A stretch of 64,000 nucleotides of DNA from Planctomycetota bacterium. GTDB lineage: Bacteria; Planctomycetota; PLA2; JAEUHO01. The stretch lies in contig CBDCWP010000041.1 of the NCBI GenBank assembly GCA_965223505.1, positions 64,001 to 128,000 of the forward strand, read 5' to 3'. The notes under the pieces are model-generated. The model was not told the origin of the DNA, made no database searches, and was given only the letters and a program-made list of their open reading frames with translations. Positions 39,615-48,743 of this stretch are shown here, one piece after another. Made by a program: the position numbers and the translations under genes. Each line of letters starts with the position of its first letter. Position 1 is the stretch's first letter.

Positions 39615-42107
39615 CTACTGCGACGCGGTGCTGGCCACGCGGCGCACGCCCGGAATCGGAACCGGGCTGTAGAAGCTCAGAGCGCCGGACACCTGCTCGA
39701 TGACCGTGACCTTGCCCTCGCCGGCCGCACAGATGTACAGCTCGCTGGCATTGTCCCAGGTCGCGTCGGTCGCGTTGACGCCGCGCTGGTTGGCGTTCTG
39801 CTGCGTGCCGCTGTACTGGTAGCCCAACGGCAGCGGGCCGTTACAGCCCAGCGAGCCGATCGGCGCGATGCACGGCGGGAAGTACGACGGACGGTGCGCG
39901 AGACTCGTCGGGTTGTTCCCGATCTCGTCGAAGCGGCTGATGATGGCCGGCACGTTGAACGTACCCGTCACGAAGCCGAGCGTGGAGATCGCGTCGGAGC
40001 CCGACTCGGCCACGGCCCAGAAGGCCTGGCTGGTGAGCGGAATGAACACGTTGTCCAGGCCCGCCGGTCCGTCGAAGCCCGTGAGGTCACCCACGATGCT
40101 GTCCGGACGCGCCGGGGTGCTGGCGCCGGTGACACAGCCCGGGCCGGCGATGTAGTACGCCACTTTGCCCTGGCCGGACAGGCCGCCCTGCGAGATCGAG
40201 GCGAACATGATGACCGGGTTGCCGAAGCACGGGCTCAGGGAGATGTCGTTCGGCGACGATCCCGCACCCAGTGCGAACTGCTTGACCGGCTCGTCCGACG
40301 CCAGCGTCGTCGTGTTGACCACGCCGTCCGTCTTGTCGATGTACATCACGACCTCGTTGCCGGGGCCCGTGAACGGACCTTCACGGTTCCAGTGATCCGG
40401 GATCAACGCCGGCGCCGGCGGCGCCGAGATCGTGATGCCGGTCGGCGTGTTGCCGGTCGGCGTGATCGAGTTGATGAAGATCGGACCGTTCAGGAACTGC
40501 GCACCCGGCGTCACGTTGCCCAGGCTGTAGGCCGTGAACGTGTTCGCGGACGAGTTCGTCACCAGGAGCACCTTCGCGCCCTGGTTCGCCGTCTGACAGG
40601 CGATGCCACCCGGGCTCGGCGTGTTGATCAGCGCCACCGGGATCATGTTCTTCGTCTGGATGATCGCGACCTGGCCGCTGTCGGCCGACTGCACGTAGGC
40701 CCAGCTGTGGTGCTCGGCGAACGACGTGCGGGTGTCGATCAGGATCTCGCCAGGCGAGAAGTTCGGGATGTTGGTGCTGTTCGCGATGGTGTCGTTGAAC
40801 GGCGGAAGCACGTTCTCCGGCACACCCAGCGGGAACTGCTGCGCACCCGTGAACTGATCCGCGAGCCCCTGCTGGTTGACGGTGTCGATGACGCCGACGC
40901 GGTCCGAAGCGGACCACCAGATCGCGTACTCGGGGAACGGGCAGTTCGGCAGGTCCGGCGGCGCCAGCGTCTGGAACTGGAAGGAGTCCGAGAACTCCAT
41001 CTTGTTGCCGGCCAGGTCCGCGATGGGCGCCTGGTTCGTCGGCATGCCGTTGCCGTCCGGGTCTTCACCGACGATCGTCACCTGGATCTGGGTGCCGAAC
41101 GGGAAGCCGCCGGTCGTCGGGTCCACGCGCCAGAGGATCTCGTGGCCGTTCGACGGCAGCGTCTCACGGTCGTTGTCGCTCTTCAGCTTCGGGAAGCCGG
41201 GCGCGGGCGCCAGCTGCGGCGGCGCACCACCACCGGGCACGAAGGCGCCGGCGTCGATGACGGTGATGTTGTTGGCGTTCACGGTCGTCGCCGTGATGCC
41301 CTCGGTGAAGCGGATCGTGATGTCCGGCGAGGTCGGGCCGAAGACGTTGGTCGTCACGTCGGCCACACCCTCGACGCCCGGGGGCACCGCAGGCGGCGGC
41401 GCGCCGGCGCCCACGTTCTGCTCGCCGTTGACCGGGTTCGTGGTCAGGACGCGCGGACGAATCGTGTCTTTCGCACCGACGGTGAAGGCGTGGAAGACAG
41501 GGCCCTTGACCATCTCCTTGTTCTCGGTGTTCTTGATGTTCTTGAACGCCGCGATCGTGTACTGGCCGTCGGGCATCGACGTCACCCAGCCCGAGGCGTT
41601 GTTGTTCGGGCCGGCGTTGGCGAACGGCGGCAGCGGCTGACAACGGATGATGTGGTCGAGCGGCTGGATCGGAACCACCGGAAGACCGGTGACCGGGTCC
41701 GTGTACGGAGCGGTCGGCTCGAGGATCTCGATCGCGATCTGGATGTTGCCGACGCCCGGAATCTCCTGCGTGACCTGCAGGGCCGACGGGTCGACGCCCA
41801 GCGCAGGACTCCCACCGAGGAAGAGCGAGCTGAACAAGATCGCCGTGTCTTCCTGGAAGTTGATCACGATCTCACCCGGGAAGCGGGGATCCGTCGACAC
41901 GGTGAGAGCGTTGTTCGTGAACGTGGGGTTCTGCTGCAGATTCGCGAAGTCAATGGGCGAAAGGAACGGCGAGAAACTGCGCACCACGGGTCGATCCACG
42001 TGGTCCGAGGCCGGACTGCCCCCAATACCGCCGCAACCCGTAACCAGCAGCGAAGTGGCTGCGATCACGACCAATGCGGCCGGCACGATTCGAGTGCTTC
42101 GAAGCAT
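39615..42107 (-). CDS. Large lipoprotein with SbsA/Big_5-type Ig-like domain and YVTN-like beta-propeller
   Basis: Lipobox LVTGC; DTIRPRVLTTNPVNG..ITIRFTEGI..IADLAGN..FQFQT; repeated LLVTNSSANT / GNTPTGITI / GNNPTSLA blades. Confidence 0.75.
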   Translation of the reverse strand: MLRSTRIVPAALVVIAATSLLVTGCGGIGGSPASDHVDRPVVRSFSPFLSPIDFANLQQNPTFTNNALTVSTDPRFPGEIVINFQEDTAILFSSLFLGGSPALGVDPSALQVTQEIPGVGNIQIAIEILEPTAPYTDPVTGLPVVPIQPLDHIIRCQPLPPFANAGPNNNASGWVTSMPDGQYTIAAFKNIKNTENKEMVKGPVFHAFTVGAKDTIRPRVLTTNPVNGEQNVGAGAPPPAVPPGVEGVADVTTNVFGPTSPDITIRFTEGITATTVNANNITVIDAGAFVPGGGAPPQLAPAPGFPKLKSDNDRETLPSNGHEILWRVDPTTGGFPFGTQIQVTIVGEDPDGNGMPTNQAPIADLAGNKMEFSDSFQFQTLAPPDLPNCPFPEYAIWWSASDRVGVIDTVNQQGLADQFTGAQQFPLGVPENVLPPFNDTIANSTNIPNFSPGEILIDTRTSFAEHHSWAYVQSADSGQVAIIQTKNMIPVALINTPSPGGIACQTANQGAKVLLVTNSSANTFTAYSLGNVTPGAQFLNGPIFINSITPTGNTPTGITISAPPAPALIPDHWNREGPFTGPGNEVVMYIDKTDGVVNTTTLASDEPVKQFALGAGSSPNDISLSPCFGNPVIMFASISQGGLSGQGKVAYYIAGPGCVTGASTPARPDSIVGDLTGFDGPAGLDNVFIPLTSQAFWAVAESGSDAISTLGFVTGTFNVPAIISRFDEIGNNPTSLAHRPSYFPPCIAPIGSLGCNGPLPLGYQYSGTQQNANQRGVNATDATWDNASELYICAAGEGKVTVIEQVSGALSFYSPVPIPGVRRVASTASQ

Positions 42108-42384
42108 CTAGGAAACTCCCATCTTGGCCGTGTGCCCCCCGACAGACGCGCGCGGCCTGGGTTATAGGAAGGTGCCGGAAAGGCCGCAAGCATCCGAGGC
42201 TGCCTCGCCTACCGACTCCTTCTCTCGATCTGGCTTGTATTCCTGCTCTTTCGCCCGCCCGCATGCCCCCTCGCAGGGGCCCCACCCGGCCGTTCCAGCA
42301 ACCCCACGGGCCCCCGGGGAGGCGCGCAGAGCCGAACCTGCGGGGCTGGATTGGCCGTCACAGACGAGGTCCGGCCCCTGTTCC

Positions 42385-42399
42385 GCAAGCCTCATGCCA
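42385..42399 (-). promoter_or_regulatory. Sigma-54 (-24/-12) promoter candidate
   Basis: Minus strand TGGCATGAGGCTTGC = GG-N10-GC, near-consensus TGGCACG-N4-TTGC, pointing at the 39615-42107 gene. Confidence 0.7.
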
Positions 42400-42609
42400 C
42401 GGCCGAACCTGAATCTGGGTCTCTAACTCATTTCAGAAACGCATCTTACAGTCTCCGGGTATCGCGCGCGCGGCACGCCCGACGTGCATCGTGCGCTTTT
42501 GCAACAACACGAACCGCGCCCTTTGGCTCCTGTGCGCCGGACAGCCGCACCACGGCCGCGCTTCTCGTAGGATCGCTGCGGACCCCCTCCCGGCCGCCGG
42601 AGCCTCGCC

Positions 42610-43293
42610 ATGATTCGACCCCGATTCGTTTGTCTCGCGTTTGTCATGGCGGTGTTTTCGGCCTCTCCGGCGCTTGCAGACGAGCCGGCTGCGGACGCCG
42701 TGGTCCTGGACACCGGCGAGCGCATCGCGTGCGAGATCCTGGCGGCGAGCGAGGAGACCGTGCGTGTGCGGATCGGCGCCCAGACGTACGACTTCGAGCG
42801 CTCGACGCTCACCTCGATCGAGCGCGCCGGCAAGCCCGAGCTCGACCCGGCGCACTTGCGTTTCGTGCGTGATCTGGCGCCGCGACTGGTGCACGCCGAC
42901 GCGCGGCTCGCCAAGGCGGCGCAGGCCGGCCTGGCCGCGCTCGGCGAAGAGGGCCGGCCGTATCTCGAGGCCGTCGCCAACACGTCGAAGGACGCGAACG
43001 TGAGCGCCGCGCTGCGCGCGGTGCTGAGGCCGGACCGCGCCGAGCGGCAGCCGGCGCCGTCTCCGACGGCGATGATCGACGCCTGGATCGAGCGGTCCAA
43101 GACCACGCTCGCGCTCGAGGCGGCGCAGGAGCCGGGATTTCGCAAGGCGCTCGAGTCGTTCTTCCAGGAAGGCCGCTCGTCCGGAGACTGGCAAGCTGCG
43201 TGGAAGAGTCTGCGCGAGGCATTGGCGAAGTTCCTGACCGATGCGCAGATGAAGAAGTTCGACGCCATGCGCACCCAGCGGGGCGGCGGCTAA
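42610..43293 (+). CDS. Hypothetical secreted protein
   Basis: Signal peptide ending PALA; DAVVLDTGERIACEI N-terminal strand motif; HEAT-like helix pair. Confidence 0.7.
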   Translation: MIRPRFVCLAFVMAVFSASPALADEPAADAVVLDTGERIACEILAASEETVRVRIGAQTYDFERSTLTSIERAGKPELDPAHLRFVRDLAPRLVHADARLAKAAQAGLAALGEEGRPYLEAVANTSKDANVSAALRAVLRPDRAERQPAPSPTAMIDAWIERSKTTLALEAAQEPGFRKALESFFQEGRSSGDWQAAWKSLREALAKFLTDAQMKKFDAMRTQRGGG

Positions 43294-43302
43294 GAGGAGC
43301 TC

Positions 43303-44574
43303 ATGATCCAGCGCACGCTGTTTTCGGTCGCCCTGTTCGTCGCCCTGATGGCGGGGACGGACGACGCGCGTGCGGACGTGTACGCGAACCAGATCAAGAA
43401 GGGGATCGAGTATCTCACGCAATCCGAGAAGGCGTACCAGCAAGGCAACACGGCGCGCCAGAAGCAGCTCGCCTACAAGGCCGAGAAGCTCTTTCGCGAC
43501 GCGACGACGATCCGCCCGCGCGACACGCGCGCGTACTTCCTCGGATGTCTCGCGGCCGGGCTCGCCGAGGATCTCGAACGCGGCAACGCGTGGTTGAACA
43601 ACTACATCCAACGGTCCGCGTACGGCAAGCGCGACCCGGACGTCTACTTCCTGCGCGCGTATCTGGCCTACTACGCCGGCAAGCACCCGGACGCCGCCAT
43701 TCGCTACCTCGAGACCATGTACGGGTTGAACGCGCGGGCGCGGGGCCGTGAACGCGACACGATCTGGTACGCCGCGCTCGTGCTGAGCGCCGAGCAGTTC
43801 GCGCAGAAGTCCGAGTGGAACAAGTCGCTTCACCGTCTGAGGGAGGCCGAGCGGATCGCGGGCAAGCGCGGATGGCGCAACAAGGTCATCGCGGCGCGCG
43901 GCAACTACGGGATCATCCTGCGCCGCGCCAATCGCCTGAAGGAGGCGATCCCGATCCTGACCGACATGATCAAGGCGGATCCCAACAGTCCCATCTGGTA
44001 CATGCAGCGCGGGCGCGCACTCGCGGGCGAGCTGCGCTGGAACGACGCGATCAAGGACTACCGCAAGGTGATCGAGCTGCTCCAGACCCGCGAGCACGCG
44101 CTCGCGATGTCGGATCACAAGGAGGTCTACCTGCGGCTCGGCAACTGCCTGCGGCACACCGTCAAGGAGTCGACGCCGGACGCCGAGAAGATCGCGACCC
44201 GCGCGGAGGCGCTGAAGCACCTGCGCAAGTACGTCGAGCTCGCGCCCAAGGACGCGCGCGGGCACAAGTGGATCGGCGCGTTCTACTACGAGGATCTCGA
44301 GCAGCCGTACAAGGCGATTCCGTACTACCAGAAGGCGCTCGAGCTCGACTGGGCCTGCTTGTCGAACCTGCGCGACCTGATCCAGATCTACCGCGTGTTC
44401 CCGCCGCCTCCGGACCAGATGCCCAAGGACGACCCCGCCGCGTCCGAGCGGGTGCGGGCGGCGTGGAAGAAGCAGCTGGCCGCCTACGAGAAGGACCTGG
44501 CCGACAACGCCGAGAAGCGGGACGCGGAGATCAAGCGCCGGGGCGAGACCGCCGGCGGCGACACCTGCGAGTAG
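43303..44574 (+). CDS. Secreted tetratricopeptide repeat protein
   Basis: GAGGAG RBS, signal peptide, repeated A...Y.KA.EL.P TPR patterns. Confidence 0.82.
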   Translation: MIQRTLFSVALFVALMAGTDDARADVYANQIKKGIEYLTQSEKAYQQGNTARQKQLAYKAEKLFRDATTIRPRDTRAYFLGCLAAGLAEDLERGNAWLNNYIQRSAYGKRDPDVYFLRAYLAYYAGKHPDAAIRYLETMYGLNARARGRERDTIWYAALVLSAEQFAQKSEWNKSLHRLREAERIAGKRGWRNKVIAARGNYGIILRRANRLKEAIPILTDMIKADPNSPIWYMQRGRALAGELRWNDAIKDYRKVIELLQTREHALAMSDHKEVYLRLGNCLRHTVKESTPDAEKIATRAEALKHLRKYVELAPKDARGHKWIGAFYYEDLEQPYKAIPYYQKALELDWACLSNLRDLIQIYRVFPPPPDQMPKDDPAASERVRAAWKKQLAAYEKDLADNAEKRDAEIKRRGETAGGDTCE

Positions 44575-44639
44575 CCGGCAATCGTTCGCCGTCCGGACCG
44601 CCACTGGAACCCGTCCCTCGCAGTCGCTACCTTGCCGCC

Positions 44640-45017
44640 ATGCGCGCCGAAGTGATCCCCAGCTCGGACACCACCACGCTCTACCTGCGCTGGGAGGTCA
44701 TCCCGGAAGGCGGAGAGCTCGACCAGATGCGTGAGCTGGGCGGTCCGGTCACGCTCGAGCTCGAGGCGACCGACTACGTGGACGTCGGGGGCAAGTACCA
44801 CGAGACGGCGGCCGTCGAGGTCCCGATCTTCCCCTTCGACGGCCCGCGCAACTTCGGGCAGGCGAAGTTCACCGATCACGAGTCGCGCCGCTCGTTCATG
44901 GAGCGGCTGCAGGGCGCCGTCGTCGGGGACGTCGCCAACTTCGTCGCCGACACGGAGCCGGGCTCCCTGGACGTCGAAGGGCACGTGATCCGCGTCGCGG
45001 AGACGCGCGCGCGTTGA
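44640..45017 (+). CDS. Hypothetical protein
   Basis: ATG 44640, GC-rich third codon positions, MRAEVIPSSDTTTLYLRWEV.. Confidence 0.6.
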   Translation: MRAEVIPSSDTTTLYLRWEVIPEGGELDQMRELGGPVTLELEATDYVDVGGKYHETAAVEVPIFPFDGPRNFGQAKFTDHESRRSFMERLQGAVVGDVANFVADTEPGSLDVEGHVIRVAETRAR

Positions 45018-45053
45018 GGCGGCGGGTGCGGCGGTGTCGTCGCCCGCGGGTTG

Positions 45054-45141
45054 GTACGGGCGACCCTCGTGGTCGCCCGAGCGCTCGTCGATCGGTCGCC
45101 CACGAATGCGCGGTTCAGACAACCACAAGGGCTGCCCCTAC
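45054..45141. repeat. GTAG-family REPIN (second locus)
   Basis: GTACGGGCGACCCTCGTGGTCGCCC (45054-45078) and inverted GTAGGGGCAGCCCTTGTGGTTGTCT (45117-45141); between convergent genes. Confidence 0.8.
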
Positions 45142-45686
45142 CGTGCTCGCCTGCGGCTCGCGCGCTTCTGCTTCGCGCTCATCGAGTACAGCGCCCACCC
45201 CATGAAGCCCACCTGCAACACGTAGGCGAGCAAGAGCCCGGTGTTCACCAGACGTCGCTCCTTGCGCGCGTCTTCGTAGGCGATCGACGCGGTCCAGAGC
45301 TCGCGCTCGTGGGTCCAATCCGCGAACGCCTCACTGCCGGCGACCGGCGCCTTGCCGGGGTCCTTGGCGCCGTGCAGCGCGCCCGCGCCGTGCCGCGCCT
45401 CGTGCTCTTCGATCTCCGCCCGCGCGGTCGCGGTGATGAGCAGGTAGAGACCGTAGTGCGCGACGGCGAGGACGGCCAGGACGACGGTGACCATCATCCA
45501 CGGAAGCTGCGGGGCCGGCGTGGGCTCCGGCGCGTCGACCTGCGGGGTCGAGGCACGTTTCTCGGGACGCGCGTCCGCGGTGCTCGTCTCGGGCACGACG
45601 ACGGGGTTCCCGCACCCGGGGCACGGGACCGTCGCGCCGGGCTTGGCCCGGAACCCGGCTCGGCACTCCGGGCAGGTGGTGTTCAT
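45138..45686 (-). CDS. Zinc-ribbon membrane protein
   Basis: CPEC..CPGC at N-terminus, two TM helices. Confidence 0.72.
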   Translation of the reverse strand: MNTTCPECRAGFRAKPGATVPCPGCGNPVVVPETSTADARPEKRASTPQVDAPEPTPAPQLPWMMVTVVLAVLAVAHYGLYLLITATARAEIEEHEARHGAGALHGAKDPGKAPVAGSEAFADWTHERELWTASIAYEDARKERRLVNTGLLLAYVLQVGFMGWALYSMSAKQKRASRRRAR

Positions 45687-45771
45687 GCGGGCGACCACGG
45701 GGGCAGAGGAAACCACACGCGCGCCCTCGGTGCACGCTCGTCCCGGGGACGCCGGGAGCCGTGCCGAGCGG

Positions 45772-46005
45772 TCAGACCTTCGCGGAGACCTCGTCGAGGA
45801 TTTGGCGTTCGTCCGGGAACTCACCGGTTTCGAGCTTCGAGTAGATCTGCTCGTCATCGACGAACACCTCGAAACAGCCACCCCCGCGGGGTTCGAGCTC
45901 GAGGGACGTGATGTTGCGCTTCAGGCTTTCCAGGAGCAGCGACGTCAAACTGACGGCTTGCGGCTCATAGTTTCAGACCGAGCAGAATTGAATCCGGATC
46001 TTCAT
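45772..46005 (-). CDS. SelW/SelT/SelH (Rdx) family selenoprotein, 77 aa, Sec at codon 11
   Basis: MKIRIQFCSV-UGA-NYEPQAVSL..GGGCFEVFVDDEQIYSKLETGEFPDERQI; GGAGA RBS 5 nt before ATG; TGA at 45973-45975; absent from ORF track. Confidence 0.92.
45941..45957 (-). promoter_or_regulatory. Bacterial SECIS element candidate of the Rdx selenoprotein
   Basis: CGTCA-GTT-TGACG stem-loop, loop starting with G 22 nt after the UGA. Confidence 0.7.
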
Positions 46006-46201
46006 CGTCGTCTCCGAGACCGCGACTTGAGGTAGGCCCTTGACCGGGGCCGAAACCGCCTCGACGGCCGCTAGGGACCGGTCTACTCGCAACCGGGACC
46101 CCGCGCAAAAGCCGTCAGGGGCGCAATCGGCTCCTGTTCACATCCGCCGGCGGGTGAAATCCCCTATGTGACGGCGGTTTGCCTCGCTAGGTTTCGGACC
46201 T

Positions 46202-47287
46202 ATGGAGGCAGGCCAGATCGCCGTCACTGCATCGCGGCCGCGGACGCTCACCACGACCGAGCGCAACTGGCTCTGGGCGCTCGCCATCGTCGTCGGCAGC
46301 GCGCTGTTCTTCTGGCTGCTCTACGCCGCGGAGCAGCGCTGGGGGCACACGGTGCGCGAAGAGCGCCTGGTGTGGCACGCGGTCGAGACGTCGATGCGCT
46401 ATCTGGCGCTTTCGCACTTCCTCGTCGCGATCCTCTTCATGACGACGTCGCGCTCGATGCGCAAGGCCAGCTCGTGGGCGTGGTTCGCCGGGCTCGCGAT
46501 GTTCGGCACCGGACTGTCGATGGCGTTCGCATCGGCCGGCGGGCTCGAGATGCACGTCGCGGCCGCGCTCTTCTACACGTACTTCCTCGTGCACGAGTTC
46601 CGCGACCAGGCGTTCTTCTACCGCGTGAACGGCGACGCGCCCAAGGACGCGGACCCCGACGAGCTGCGCAAGACGCTCTGGACCGTGCCCGCGGTCGTGA
46701 TGGGATTGATCGGCACGATCTTCTTCGCCGGCGCCGCGTTCGAGATCGGCGGCGCGCGCCGCTACACCGAAGCCGTCTTCGGCGACCTGCCGCAGACGGC
46801 GCGCTACGTGATCGGCGCGCTGCCGATCGCCGCGATGATCGTCGTGACGCACCTCTTGCGGCGGTCGTACGCCAGGAAACACCCGGGCGGGATCAGCGGG
46901 TTCGCGCGCGCGAACCGCCCGATCCTCTTCGTCTTCGGCGGCATCCTCGCCGTGCTGATCGCGGACATCATCATCACGGGTCGCGTCTACGCGATCGTGA
47001 CGCTGCACGTGACCGCCTGGTACGTGTTCGTCGTGCGCGGCTTCGCGAAGCGGCCGCCACCGGAACCGCGGCCGCGCGCCTTCACGTGGACGTGGATGCG
47101 CTCGACGCTGGCGGGGTTCAACTTCCTCCACATCGGCATGCTCGTGCTCGTCATGGCCGCCGGCGCCGTCTGGGCATACGGGTTCGACAACAGCGCGTCG
47201 CAGTCGTTCTTTTGGGTGCTGCTCTCGCGCGAGGCCTTCCCGTTCTGGACGATCATGCACGTGTCCGTCTCGTTCCTGCCCCGGTAG
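46202..47287 (+). CDS. Multi-pass membrane protein with intramembrane His residues
   Basis: About 9-10 TM; ALSHF, LVHEFRDQ, LHVTAWY, WTIMHV. Confidence 0.75.
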   Translation: MEAGQIAVTASRPRTLTTTERNWLWALAIVVGSALFFWLLYAAEQRWGHTVREERLVWHAVETSMRYLALSHFLVAILFMTTSRSMRKASSWAWFAGLAMFGTGLSMAFASAGGLEMHVAAALFYTYFLVHEFRDQAFFYRVNGDAPKDADPDELRKTLWTVPAVVMGLIGTIFFAGAAFEIGGARRYTEAVFGDLPQTARYVIGALPIAAMIVVTHLLRRSYARKHPGGISGFARANRPILFVFGGILAVLIADIIITGRVYAIVTLHVTAWYVFVVRGFAKRPPPEPRPRAFTWTWMRSTLAGFNFLHIGMLVLVMAAGAVWAYGFDNSASQSFFWVLLSREAFPFWTIMHVSVSFLPR

Positions 47288-47396
47288 CGGGGCTGCACGC
47301 GCCGCGCGCGACGTTCGCCATCGGTTTCGATGGCTGAAATCCACGCACATTCGAACGGGTTTACGCCGGATCCCCGGGTGCGGATATCGTCGCGGC

Positions 47397-48743
47397 ATGG
47401 ACGCCAACCTGCCGGTCCACTTCGGACGACGCGTCATCGCGAGCATCGTGTTGATCGCGGTGGTGCTGTTCGCCGGGTTCACGGGCTACAAGAAGCTCGC
47501 GGGCATGCGCGAGGATAGCGCGCGCTCGGCCGGCGACGTCCCGCCCCCGCTGGTCAGGCAGGGCGTGGCGGCGCGCGGGGACTACAAGGAGACGCTGCGC
47601 GGCTACGGGCGCGCCCGGGCGATTCGCCGCACGAGCGTTTCCGCCGAGGTCGCCGGAACGATCACCTGGGTTGCGCCCGCGCTGGAGGCGGGCGCTGCGA
47701 TCGAGTTCGATCCGCCGGCGCGCACCAACGGGGACGCGCCGAAGAACGGAGACCGGCCGCCCGCGGGGCCCGAGGTCGTGCGCATCGACGACGAGGACTT
47801 GCAGGACCTGCACGCCCGCGCGCTCGCCGAACAGGCGGCCGCCGCGTCCGACATTCGCCGGCTCGAGACGCTGCACACGAGCGTCGAAGCGCGTCTGAAG
47901 GTCGCGCAGGAGGAGTACGACGTCGCGACGCGCGAGTACGAGCGCGTCGCGGGACTCGTCGCGCGAGGGCGGCTTGGCAAGAGCGACGCCGATCGCGAGC
48001 GACTGAAGGTCACGCTGCGTGAGCGGGCGCTGCTGGAGCTGCAGTGGTCGGACGACGAGACCGAGGAGTCGCTGAGGGCCGCGAAGGAGCGGCTGAAGGC
48101 GCGCGAGAAGGACGTCGCGCTGGCCGCGCGAAACATCGAGCGTGCCAAGATCTTCGTTCCGTTCCCGGGCCGCGTCGAGATGCGGCACGTCAACCGCGAC
48201 GACCGCGTCAACATCGGCAGCCCCATGTTCGACATCGTGGACCTGTCCAAGGTCGAGGTGCCGGTGGCGTTGCCCGCCGGGCGCTATGACGACGTCGACG
48301 TCGGCTCGCCCGTCGTGCTTCATCGCGCGCAAACCGGCGAGGAGCTCTGGAAGGGGTCGGTCGCGCGCAAGTCGCCGCGCATCAACGACGAAGACCGCAC
48401 CTTCTTCGTCTACGTCGAGATCGGCGGCGACGCGACGTCCAATCCGGTGCCGCCCGGCACCTACGTGTTGGCCGAGGTCGACGGGAAGACGCACACCGGC
48501 GTGGTTGCGGTTCCGCGCGAGGCCTTCGTGGGCAAGTACCTGTTCGTCGTGGACGAGCAGGACGACACGTTCGTCGCGCGGCGGGTCGAGCCGGAGGTGG
48601 AACGTCTGCTCGCCGGCGTCGCGCTGGTGCGCGGCGGCATCGACGACGGCGCGCGCTACGTGCTGACCAACCTCGAGTCGATCGCCGACGGCTCGGTCAT
48701 TCGCGTCGCGGAAGACGAGGAGGCGCGCACGGCGTCGAAATGA
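47397..48743 (+). CDS. RND efflux periplasmic adaptor (membrane fusion protein)
   Basis: N-terminal TM, VSAEVAGTI, long coiled-coil hairpin, IFVPFPGRV, VAVPREA. Confidence 0.9.
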   Translation: MDANLPVHFGRRVIASIVLIAVVLFAGFTGYKKLAGMREDSARSAGDVPPPLVRQGVAARGDYKETLRGYGRARAIRRTSVSAEVAGTITWVAPALEAGAAIEFDPPARTNGDAPKNGDRPPAGPEVVRIDDEDLQDLHARALAEQAAAASDIRRLETLHTSVEARLKVAQEEYDVATREYERVAGLVARGRLGKSDADRERLKVTLRERALLELQWSDDETEESLRAAKERLKAREKDVALAARNIERAKIFVPFPGRVEMRHVNRDDRVNIGSPMFDIVDLSKVEVPVALPAGRYDDVDVGSPVVLHRAQTGEELWKGSVARKSPRINDEDRTFFVYVEIGGDATSNPVPPGTYVLAEVDGKTHTGVVAVPREAFVGKYLFVVDEQDDTFVARRVEPEVERLLAGVALVRGGIDDGARYVLTNLESIADGSVIRVAEDEEARTASK

